A stretch of DNA of 44,204 nt, taken from Octopus bimaculoides. Its lineage: Eukaryota. Both the position numbers and the translations under genes were made by a program. Each line of letters begins with the position of its first letter. The stretch's first letter is position 1. The DNA lies in contig NC_068981.1 in the NCBI RefSeq assembly GCF_001194135.2, forward strand, positions 12,305,682-12,349,885, given 5' to 3'. Shown in pieces: positions 12,006-23,300 of this stretch. The notes under the pieces were generated by a model, which was given only the letters and a program-made list of their open reading frames with translations, had not been told where the DNA came from and made no database searches.

Positions 12006-12574
12006 GAGCAATGTCCAGAGAAAGGTGGAAGAGGAACATAAGGTGGTAAATAGGAAAACGAAAAAGAAGAAACGCGTGGAGTCACCGCCAAAAAGTCCAC
12101 TAGAGAATAGTAGGAAAATAAACAGGAAGAGACACAGGAGGAGATTCTAACAATATTAACAAGGGAAACCAACGTAGAAAATCAAGTGGAAATACAAGAA
12201 TAAATAACAAAAAAGAACCAAAAAAAGTAATGGCGTATTTTGACATATTCGAAAAACACTGAAATTGAAAAGATGATAACCAAAATGAAGTCAGTTGTGA
12301 GAGTGAAGTTAACAACGGAATATTATCCAGAAAGCACCAATGCAATTGTCATTGACCAAAAGAGATTTCCAAGATTCAGGGAATTATTTGGAAATAAGAT
12401 AGACCCAGCAGGAGTACGCGTGGAGTATGACGACTTGCCGCCTGTAATAGATTACGAGGACCTAATACCGTACATAAAATGGTGAAAAAGGAGAGATAAA
12501 ATGAAAAGGAAAAAAGGAAAAGAAAATATAGTAAATGTTTCGAATTTCATGACTATAAAACTAATACAAAAAAA

Positions 12575-12835
12575 AAGAAAAAAAAGATATAAAAACATTT
12601 AACTAAAACATTTGTAATTATACTGCTTTCGAGGGGGGGGGGCATGCAGCCATTTCACCTCCATTATTATAATTCATCCTTCATTCGTTCCTTCTGTGTT
12701 TTATGTCCTTACGGTAGCGTCCTGTCTGTCCTTGTTCTGCCCCCTCTGTGTTATGGCCGTAGTGCCAAAATGAATAATTTTCAATTGGAATCTGGAGTCT
12801 GTGACTGCCTGTTTGGTTCATGTTGGGCATTTGTG
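12575..12835 (+). repeat. ~261-bp near-identical direct repeat, copy 1 (copy 2 at 18067-18329)
   Basis: The copies differ only by acggtag/actgtag and at the poly-G run. Confidence 0.95.
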
Positions 12836-13832
12836 GAATTGTTTATGCTCCAGGTATTCGCCAGAACTTTTGTCAAATTTGTGATAATTTCTGTGTCACA
12901 TCTGGATGAGTACAAAAAAAAAATCTCTTGAGTTATGTTATAATATTTATGCAAATTTTGAACCCTGCATTTGTGGCAGGTTGTGTAGTAATTTTGCTAG
13001 CTATTTTCTGTTAAGATAAATGTTAAAATTTGTATAAATAGCTAAAGGGCGTATGAATAATTTTTTATGTAGCCAAAGTTTTGTCCTAAACAACTAACTG
13101 TAAATTTTGTTTCATGATTACTCAGCATGCTTGTATGAAGCGGTTTTGCGTGAATTTAAAGCAAACTAGCTCTTTGTTTGACTATTTAATTTTTCACCTA
13201 TACATATTGATATAGTCTAGCAGATGTTCTGTGGCATGAACTTTTAGTTTAAAAGGTTGCTTTGACATTAGGTTTATTTATGTTTAGGTTCAAGCTTTAT
13301 ACATTCCAAGGTTCGACATCCAAGGTTCGAAATCACCAACGGTTGAACAACGAATTGATAGGCAAATTTTATGACATTCCAAGGTTCGATACCTAAGGTT
13401 GAACACCGAATTGATAGATTTTATGAAGTAAATTTTCGAAATACACTGTCGAACTCCAAGTTTCGAAAACCGAATTTTTCCAAAAATGGGAATCCGGATT
13501 TTATGAAATCCAAAGTTTTTGAAATGCTATTTTTGAAAAAACAAATTTGTGTGAGGACAATTTTGGGGAAACCAAATACCAGGATATGGAGTACGAACTT
13601 TTGAACTGTATGTATATGTTATCATCGTAACTTTTGACTGCACATATGGTGTAGCATTTGCTGTTTATTTGTGTAAATATTTGTTTGTAAGCTGTTTTTA
13701 TACTGACAATTAATATTTTACAGAAAAATCATGGTGGGGTGTTGTCTTAAATTTACACTATCCACATTGATTCTGTGAATTCGGGTTATGGCAACCAGGT
13801 TGTAACAATATGTATACATATATATATATATA

Positions 13833-13880
<48 letters not shown>

Positions 13881-14235
13881 CGCGTGTGTGTATATGTGCG
13901 TGTGTGATATATATCGACCTGTACCTTACATGTAGAAAGAAACGTATTATCGCAGGCTTTCGCGTTGAGATTCATCTAATAATTTAGCCAGAGATAAAAT
14001 TAGAAACTGAATCGAGGCAATAGAGGAAGGTGGGCTTTTAGCACACAAGTAGATGTTGAGTGACCTGAACCAGGCATTAAACAGTCCTCATTTGCATATT
14101 TATTTTTTAATAATTAATTATTATAACTCTCCGTAGTTAGGAGGTTTAATATTTCTTCCGGTTTATAAACACTGATATACCTTTGGTTCAATATATTGTG
14201 TATTTTCGAGAAGTTCCCAAGAGTGTCTGATCTTT

Positions 14236-14289
<54 letters not shown>

Positions 14290-15695
14290 TAAAGATCAGA
14301 TCTTTCTACGTATATAGATAGAAGCATATAAGCAGGATGACCACTAAGTGGATATCCAGTATGCTACATGTAGACCCCAATGGTCTGACCACTAAGAAAA
14401 GATTGTTCTCCAGAAAGTTCAGCAAACGCCATAACATAATCGAGCAAGACAAATGGAAAGATACAAAATATAATGATTATTCACATACCAGGTTTTATTG
14501 TTACCACTTACATATAACATATGTAAATTTCGCAAATCATCAGTGTGACAGTGATAGCAAAATAAAGTTTGCAAAACTATACACGAGACGTCCACGAGAC
14601 GTTTTTTCAATATGCTAGACCACTGTTTTAAATTGATATTAATCAAATTAATAATCATTTTTTTTACCCTTATTTAAATTTATATAGATAGATAGGTAAA
14701 TAGCTAGAGAGAGACAAGGGGTAGAGAGATGCTAATCAACAAGTAAAATGTTAATGATCTGTAGAGAAAAGGCGTTTTGTTATGCAACCATAATATTCTA
14801 CAATATATTTTGCCAATTTTTATAAGCCAGTAATGTATTCTATTGCGTTAGCATCAAAATCGGTATTGGCTGCAGAACATCTGTAAAAATTCATTAAGAA
14901 ACAATTAAAAGAAAACCTCTAGTAATAATGTTGACAAACAAATAAAACTGTCTGGGTTTCATAAACAACGTTTATATACATGTATACTAATATAAATTTA
15001 TATAAAGTTTTTAGGCGATGAAAATATCTTATAAAAATAAAATAACACTAGGAATAATAATGATAAATATCATAAATTATGACTTACATTTGAAAAAGAA
15101 GTTCAAGCATTGACACAGCGGATCACGAATTTCCTACTGAAGTTCATTTTGCTACATTTTGCTACGTTTTATTTATTGAGGCTGTTTACTTTTTCACTGA
15201 TATATATAAATGAAAAAGTGCATTCGCCAATAACGAAATCAAAATACGTCTTTATATACTGATGTTATTGTGATCGGAACGATACAAGTTGAATAATATT
15301 CATGGAAAGATTTATCTGCGGCAAAACTTGTAAGATGCTCTATGTCTATGTTTAATATGTGTGTAACTGAAGAGATCGTTTTCTTGAAGACCCAAGATAC
15401 TGTCTGAAATATTCATTATAACACATCATAAATATAAATATAAATATAACCGGCTGTTTCACAGTTCAGAATATTATACGCTGCAATAAAATTTGCGTTC
15501 GATGTAATTATGAAATATGCTAACTCTATTGAACTAGACTACAACGGAAAAGCAAAATCAAACCTGTTACACATGTGTAACTTCTTTAACAGACCAGTGA
15601 AACAAGTAAGTGATCATTGGAAAATGATAAATTGATGGAGAAAGAAATGACAGAATCATTTAAGGTGGAGTAATTGCGCAGGCTCAGATTGATCC

Positions 15696-16253
15696 GTGGC
15701 TGTGTGGTAAGTAGCTTGCTTTTCAACTACGTGGCACCTTGGGAAAGTGTTTTATACTATAACCTCGGGCCGAGCAAAACCTTGTGAGTGAATTTGGTAG
15801 ACGGAAACTGAAAGAAGCCAGTCGTATATATGTATATATGTATANNNNNNNNNNNNNNNNNNNNNNNNNNNNNNNNNNNNNNNNNNNNNNNNNNNNNNNN
15901 NNNNNNNNNNNNNNNNNNNNNNNNNNNNNNNNNNNNNNNNNNNNNNNNNNNNNNNNNNNNNNNNNNNNNNNNNNNNNNNNNNNNNNNNNNNNNNNNNNNN
16001 NNNNNNNNNNNNNNNNNNNNNNNNNNNNNNNNNNNNNNNNNNNNNNNNNNNNNNNNGTGTGTCTGTGTTTGTCCCCAACATCGCTTCACAACCGATGCTG
16101 GTGTATTTACGTCCCCGTAACTTAGCGATTCGGCAAAGTGACCGATAGAATAAGTACTAGGCTTACAAAGAATAAATCATGTGGTCGATTTCTTCGACTA
16201 AAGGCGGTTCTCCAGCATGGCCACAGTCAAATGACTGAAACAAGTAAAAGAGT
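15696..16253 (+). mobile_element. tRNA-derived SINE with CORE-like segment and internal microsatellite (N-gap inside)
   Basis: gtggctgtgtggtaagtagcttgc head, gtggcaccttgggaaagtg CORE-like block, tail ggcggttctccagcatggccacagtcaaatgactgaaacaagtaaaagag. Homologous to 22029-22471. Confidence 0.85.
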
Positions 16254-18066
16254 ACAGTCTCCATTATTTTTCCAGATGTTCGTACATTGACTCTGCGAGT
16301 AGTTCAGTCAATAAAAAGTGAGAGTAAGACGGTCGTTGTTCTCTTGCTTGAATACTGGTTGCCGGCGAGAGTGTCGTTGTCGTCTTGCACATGGCAAATG
16401 GTTGCAGGCGAGAGCTCGTTCTTGTCTTGCACATGACAATGGCTACCGGCGAAAATTTGTTCAAAATGGCGCTGGCTTCTTGTGCCTCGCTACACCTTTA
16501 ATAACCGAGACACTTTTCTTCAAATATGGTTATAACACTACATAGTGTGCCACGTCATTTGTACGAACATCTTTTATCCCTTGATATATAGCTGAATTTA
16601 GCATTAAAGTAAAAGGGTACACAACACAATTTTAGTACAGCACATATTTATTAATTATAAAAGAAAAATATTGATAGGGACTTCGAAGAGTAACCTGTCT
16701 ATTCTGACCCAACGCTAGTGATTACCGTTAACCTTCTATCAACCTACAACCTACAAACCGTTCTCAGTTCTCAGTATCATTCTCTTCTCTAATTCCGACA
16801 TAATTACACTCCAGACCTCTCTACATAGCTAATTATCTCTTACGAACGGACAGCTACCCAGAAAAAGGAACTTTCCATCGAAAATATAAACAAAAATGAA
16901 GCGAAATATAGCGCAGTATAATGAAGACAAGCAAGCCAAGATTTCGAAGTCGCTCACAAATTTTTCTTTCGAAAGGTAAGGAATATATTATATATATATA
17001 TATATACCACCATGTTTATGTATACACATACACATATATATATATATAACACAAACACATGTGTGCGTGTGGTATGAGCGTGTGTTTGTGTGTATGTGTT
17101 GGCAATATTTCAGAGAAATCAAATCAAGCTTTGTCTTTCGCCATGTGATCGTATTACGATTTACATTTTTTTCTGTTTTATATTTGACAGAAGCAATTGT
17201 CTCCTATTTTAGAGTAGAGAATATCTGATACCAGTAACTGTACAAAGACTAACAACTGCAATCATTGAAATGTATTAGAACAGTCACTAAAAAGAAATTG
17301 CAAGCTGTTGGAACAAAATAACATACACTAATGTATTGATGAACAACACATTGTAAGCAGTTTATGGAGAAATTGAATGAACAATCTAACGTTATAGTTG
17401 GTGAAGCAAAGCCTTTGGTAGACAGAAACAACTTATTTGTGAATTGTTCAGAATCTGACACAAATGTTTATTTCTTTTTGATTGGGTAAGTGAAAAGCGT
17501 AGGATTTCTTAACGCATGCTACAAAATAGTGTGTTTTCATTTTACGAAATGAAATTCTAACAAGTCGAATAATCCACGTTTTACAGAAATAAATGTTATG
17601 GTGTAAACTGATATTGGTTCTTTAGAAAAAAATAGAGAAAATCTGGCTGAATTGATTAAATCGAAATATATTTATTTTCACATGCAGGAACCTAGATAAT
17701 TATAGAAATATTTGATTTCTTGTGAATAATGTGTCCGCATTTATATCAATAATGGTTGGTGCACATGCTCTGTAAATAAGTCCCCAAGTGAAAATGTCTA
17801 TAAGTTAAGCTTTTCAGAGAAAGAAATCAACCAAGTTACACATTACAAGTACAATTTGTAAATGGAACATTAAAAATGCATGATATTTGTCAATTTTAAA
17901 GTGCAACACTGTAATTTTTATCTAAATTTCATGGACAAACTTTATGTTTGCTAGAAATCATTTCCTTCTCCGAGGGAAGAGTTTAAATAATCAAAAACGG
18001 ACTAGACCAACCTCCATATATTGTCCAATCGTTATTCTGTACACGTTGTATTATCTCTCCGTTTTT

Positions 18067-18329
18067 AAGAAAAAAAAGATATAAAAACATTTAACTAAAA
18101 CATTTGTAATTATACTGCTTTCGAGGGGGGGGGGGTCATGCAGCCATTTCACCTCCATTATTATAATTCATCCTTCATTCGTTCCTTCTGTGTTTTATGT
18201 CCTTACTGTAGCGTCCTGTCTGTCCTTGTTCTGCCCCCTCTGTGTTATGGCCGTAGTGCCAAAATGAATAATTTTCAATTGGAATCTGGAGTCTGTGACT
18301 GCCTGTTTGGTTCATGTTGGGCATTTGTG
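18067..18329 (+). repeat. ~263-bp direct repeat, copy 2
   Basis: Matches 12575-12835 almost base for base. Confidence 0.95.
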
Positions 18330-18639
18330 TGACCAATTCCCAGCACCCACACCAGGGCACACTCGAATACACGTCAAGGTCACCAGCCCGATTCCACATG
18401 CACATACACGCTCTCACATACGCGCACGTGCGTATTCGTTTTGGGACTACCATTATTCTATTATCTCCCCTTCTTCCTAGCTCTCCTGTGTGATCCATGA
18501 TAGATCGCTTTTTGTCGAAGAGCCTAAGCTCGAAGCGTAAAAGAATTTCTGACTTCCCGAGCGTTAAACTAATACATCTGTTTGTTGTTTACACACCCGT
18601 CTTCGTCTTTTGTCTTTTTTTTATAAATTCTCATTACAC

Positions 18640-18671
<32 letters not shown>

Positions 18672-18724
18672 CTACACACACACACACACACGCACATACA
18701 CACACACGCACGCACACACACACA

Positions 18725-18962
18725 TATATATAATTTTATTTCAGAATAAGATAAAAAACCAAGCCTGTGAAGATTTTAGAACATTTATAAATAGGTCTTA
18801 CAGCTGTTTCCGTGATATTTATTATATTCCATTATCGAGACGGTGTAAGAAGATGGTTAAGCAATAGTTAATTTAGATGAGATATGAAATAGAGAGAATG
18901 AAGAGGAGGAATGAAAATAGATGCGAGATATTGCATTTGTAGATCCATTATTTAGGGAGAAT

Positions 18963-19000
<38 letters not shown>

Positions 19001-19292
19001 ATTTACTCACAAGGTATTGGCATCTTATATATATACCATTCTGCTTAAATAATTGATCTACAAATGCAATATCCCTGTATATCTCACATCTATTTTCATT
19101 TCTCTACTTCACTCACTATTGCATATCTTATCTAAATTAACTATTGCTTAACCATTTTCTCACACCTTCGCCGATGAAGGGATATAATAAATATCCTGGA
19201 AACAGCTGTAAGACCTTCTATTTATAAATGTTCTAAAATCTTTACAGCCTTGTTTTTTTTTTATCTCATACTGAAAAAAAATTAAATATATA
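18725..19292. repeat. Long imperfect inverted repeat (~275-bp arms, 19-nt spacer), probably Penelope-like element ends
   Basis: Arm 18725-19002 is the reverse complement of 19022-19292 (e.g. aagattttagaacatttataaatag vs ctatttataaatgttctaaaatctt). Each arm has a hammerhead-like motif. The repeat itself is certain; the Penelope assignment is inference. Confidence 0.85.
19167..19215 (+). ncRNA. Degenerate minimal type-I hammerhead-ribozyme-like motif
   Basis: CCGAUGA (19171-19177), A, stem II GGGAUAU/AUAUCCU, G, GAAAC, AGCU, GUA with predicted cut after 19210. Deviations: U4C, A.G at 10.1/11.1, weak stem I in this copy. Confidence 0.5.
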
Positions 19293-19441
19293 CACATGCT
19301 GGTACATGACCTACGTTGGACTCCTTATTCGCATAATCACCTAACGCGGAGCTTAACAATTGTCTATACATAGCACTTACTCAGCATTACTCATCATTAC
19401 CTGATACCTTTCAGTCTAATTGACACCATTACCTCTCACAA

Positions 19442-19484
<43 letters not shown>

Positions 19485-20075
19485 NNNNNNNNNNNNNNNN
19501 NNNNNNNNNNNNNNNNNNNNNNNNNNNNNNNNNNNNNNNNNNNNNNNNNNNNNNNNNNNNNNNNNNNNNNNNNNNNNNNNNNNNNNNNNNNNNNNNNNNN
19601 NNNNNNNNNNNNNNNNNNNNNNNNNNNNNNNNNNNNNNNNNNNNNNNNNNNNNNNNNNNNNNNNNNNNNNNNNNNNNNNNNNNNNNNNNNNNNNNNNNNN
19701 NNNNNNNNNNNNNNNNNNNNNNNNNNNNNNNNNNNNNNNNNNNNNNNNNNNNNNNNNNNNNNNNNNNNNNNNNNNNNNNNNNNNNNNNNNNNNNNNNNNN
19801 NNNNNNNNNNNNNNNNNNNNNNNNNNNNNNNNNNNNNNNNNNNNNNNNNNNNNNNNNNNNNNNNNNNNNNNNNNNNNNNNNNNNNNNNNNNNNNNNNNNN
19901 NNNNNNNNNNNNNNNNNNNNNNNNNNNNNNNNNNNNNNNNNNNNNNNNNNNNNNNNNNNNNNNNNNNNNNNNNNNNNNNNNNNNNNNNNNNNNNNNNNNN
20001 NNNNNNNNNNNNNNNNNNNNNNNNNNNNNNNNNNNNNNNNNNNNNNNNNNNNNNNNNNNNNNNNNNNNNNNNNNN

Positions 20076-20141
<66 letters not shown>

Positions 20142-20149
20142 CATACATA

Positions 20150-20290
20150 CATTCAACGCCTTTCAGTTCCGTCTACCAAATCCAGTCATAAGTCTTTGGT
20201 CGGGCTAAGTCTATTGTTGAAATCACATGCTCAAGGTGCCACGTAGCGGGACTGAACCCGAAATTATGCGGTTGTTAAGAAAGCTTATTT
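20150..20290 (-). mobile_element. SINE 5' half (family of 15696/22029), inverted
   Basis: tttcagttccgtctaccaaatcc...ggtgccacgtagcgggactgaacc is the reverse complement of the family head. Confidence 0.8.
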
Positions 20291-20399
20291 TCCTATGCGC
20301 TACTTAGTGTGTTGAACATCCCATATGAATCAAAATTGTGCTTGTGATGAGGCTATCTAGAAAATGTATTGCATCATTTTATATATTGGTTTCAAATTT

Positions 20400-20770
20400 T
20401 AGTACAAGGTCTACATTTCGGGGGATGTGTACGTCGATTATATTAACCCAAGTGTACAACTGGTAATTATGGCTGCACGAAAGAATGAAAAGCAGAATCA
20501 ATTCTGGCAGCATTCGATCTTCAAGACTTACCGTCAAAAGAAAGGGGTGCTCTCATGAGTTTGCCAGCTTTTTCCCTTGTCTTATTCCGAGCATTGGTTT
20601 CAGAGTATGGCATACGGCCCTCAGTTTTGGGTGAGTGTATGAGTCGATTATATCGACCTCACTGATCGACTCGTAATATTTTATCGACCTCGAAATGATG
20701 AAAGGCAAAGCCGGAGGAATTTGAACTAAATATTTTGCCCGACATGGTAAATATTTTCGCATCTCGCCGC
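20400..20770 (-). mobile_element. Two degenerate SINE fragments (family of 36296-36495)
   Basis: tacaaggtctacatttcggggga...gtcgattat and tttatcgacctcgaaatgatgaaaggcaaag...ggaatttgaact. Confidence 0.65.
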
Positions 20771-20949
20771 AATGTCTAATTAAAAATATTACTAGTTTGA
20801 AAGAGAAGGCATCTTAAAATGTATGTGACTGATTTTTGCAAGGCTTGAGGCGTAATTTACACTTAGTAACCAACAGCGTACAGGAGATGGACAAATATTA
20901 GAAAGAATGAAAGAATTATATGTAAGCCTATAATCAATCAGAAAGCGTA

Positions 20950-21140
20950 ATTTCCCGGGCAATAAATTCAAAGGAAAAGTTCCCAGATATTTTCGGGACA
21001 GAATTTAGAAATGTTATAAAGGAAATGAAGAATAATAAAACTGGAGGTAAAACTGGGATTGAAGTAGACATAATAAAAGTGTTTAGGCCAAACATGGAGA
21101 GATAATTCTCTGAATTATATACAACATGTCAAATGACCAT
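20950..21140 (+). mobile_element. Small non-LTR retrotransposon fragment (pre-RT region)
   Basis: EFRNVIKEMKNNKTGGKTGI.VDIIK resembles the K.MK.GKAPG.DGI motif. Confidence 0.45.
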
Positions 21141-21699
21141 AAGATACAGTATTTTACAGGGCGTGATATCTGTTTCTTTATATTATTGCAAAAGGATCGC
21201 ATATATCAGGATTGCTAGAGATTACCAGTTGTAGCATTTGCGTTTGGTTTAGGATTTTCACTTGATCTGAGCTGTAGACGTTGGCAGAGTCATGCTGCTG
21301 TCCTAGTGAAATGAAGCGATATATTGGGACATACGCTGGTAGATCTCAAGGTGAAATCTCTGGTTATATGTGTAAGTGAAAGTTATTCTGTCCTTGCCCG
21401 TCTTGTCAGTATTCACAAGAAATTAATTCCTGTCTAGTAATAACCCCTCTTACACTCATAACATTGCTGTATATGATGAGATAAAAATTGATCTGATTTT
21501 CTGAGCAGAAATTATTTCCAAGATCCCAAACAATATGGCGTCTATGTACGGCAGAAAATGTATCACATTCCTTTTTTTAGAGTTTCAATTCACCTGTTTA
21601 GAACTAGCAGCTGAAAAATAAGCAATGCACTGTGACAAATGCCCAGCTACAGTAAACTAAAGTAATGTTATTTTCTCGAGTCATAACGACTCATGATTC

Positions 21700-21910
21700 A
21701 TAAGAGTCGGCTTCTATGGCGTATATATTCCACCTCTGGACCGGATGCCGGTTCGTAACAGGATTATTTCTTTTTCCAGGTGAGTGGACTAGAGCAATGT
21801 GAAATGAAGTATTATGCTCAAGAACAAAACCAGTCCCCCGTTCTAGGAATCAGAACCACAATCTTACGATCAGGAGTCCAATCCCCTGACTACTAACCCA
21901 CACGCCTCCA
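21700..21910 (-). mobile_element. tRNA-derived SINE (third family)
   Basis: Reverse strand begins ggaggcgtgtgggttagtagtcagg (A-box-like). Its 3' part shares ttctatggcgtat...ggac with 40985-41100. Confidence 0.7.
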
Positions 21911-22028
21911 TCCAACTACAGATTCATCGCATCAAACTGGCAGTGTCATCTGTAAAGACTCAATCAGCGTAAATAAACCGGTAATGGCATATTTTGTGTT
22001 CACAACTGGATCTGCCTCAAATAGATAA

Positions 22029-22236
22029 GCGCAGGAGTGGGTGTGTGGTAGGTAGCTTGCTTACCATCCACATGGTTCCGAGTTCATTCCCACTGCGTGG
22101 CATCCAGGGCAAGTGTCTTCTACTATAGCCTCGGGCTGACCAAAGCCTTGTGACTGGATATGGTACACGGAAACTGAAAGAAGCCCGTCGTATATATATA
22201 TATATATATATATANNNNNNNNNNAAGAAGCCCGTC

Positions 22237-22299
<63 letters not shown>

Positions 22300-22471
22300 T
22301 GTGTCTGTATTTGTCCCCCAACATCGCTTGACCAATGATGGTGTGTTTACGTCCCCATAACTTAGCGGTTCGGCAAAATAAGCGATAGAATAAGCACTAG
22401 GGTCAATTTGAGTGACTAAATGCGGTGATCCACTATAGCCGCAGTCAAATGGCTGAAGCAAGTAAAAGAGT
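22029..22471 (+). mobile_element. CORE-like tRNA-derived SINE, near full length
   Basis: gcgcaggagtgggtgtgtggtagg...ggttccgagttcattccc (B box)...gggcaagtgtcttc...tail gcagtcaaatggctgaagcaagtaaaagag. Confidence 0.88.
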
Positions 22472-22619
22472 AATCGTTCACATTTGTATAGAATGGAATA
22501 AAAGAGATATTTTAGTCCTACTTACAGATTCATATACATCTCAAATGAAAATTCTGTAATTGCAAGGGTCATATGTTTCATATACTGAAAAGTTCACATG
22601 CGGACCAAGGTGGTCTCGT

Positions 22620-23300
22620 GGAATGTGACTAGATGAGAATTACTTTTCAATATAGTTCCCCTTCCTATCCACACACTTCTTCCATCGCTTTAGAAGTGGT
22701 TAGTGAAGAAGCTTTGGTCGTGCTAGTGAAAACGTCGCCAAGATTAAATACGACTGATCATCATTGCGATACTTGTACCAGCCAAGTGCTTTCTTTTCCC
22801 GTATTGCGGAACCAATGAATGACAGCCGGAGCCACATCCGGAGAATAGGGAGGGTGGTCAACCAGGTCGGAGCCACAGTTATGTACAACAGCTATTGAAA
22901 CCAAGAACTTTTGTGCTGGAGTCTCCACTGATTATGTGACCCTTTTGAGGGTTGTCAAGAAGCGCAATGCATTTTGCATCCCCCAAAACTGAGGCCCCTC
23001 AGCTTCTCTGAAGATGAAACGTCCTCGGCGTTCGTTCGAGCAGGTCAGACGGGTTTTTCCGCTGTGTAGAGTGTCTCTTTATCTCTGCTTTACAGTGATG
23101 AAGTCAACAGTCATCCTGGATGAGAAAGCGTTGAAGAAAACCAACTGGATCTGGCCTCAAATAATGTTGGATTTGCCTGTAATGTGATGGCGTGCTGCGC
23201 TTTGGTCAGGTGGGAGAGGACGTGACACCCACCGAGCAAAACCTGTATCATGCTAAGTTTATTGTGCGAAATATTCCCAAATTTCTAACTTGATATGATA
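22620..23300 (-). mobile_element. Decayed mariner fragment
   Basis: Minus-strand translations DLVDHPPYSPDVAP, DPVGFLQRFLIQD and WVSRPLPPDQ (WVPRLL-like). Confidence 0.75.

Noticed and set aside
22178-22262. Apparent tandem duplication aagaagcccgtcgtatata
   Set aside because: The copies flank a 10-N gap, which indicates an unmerged contig overlap.
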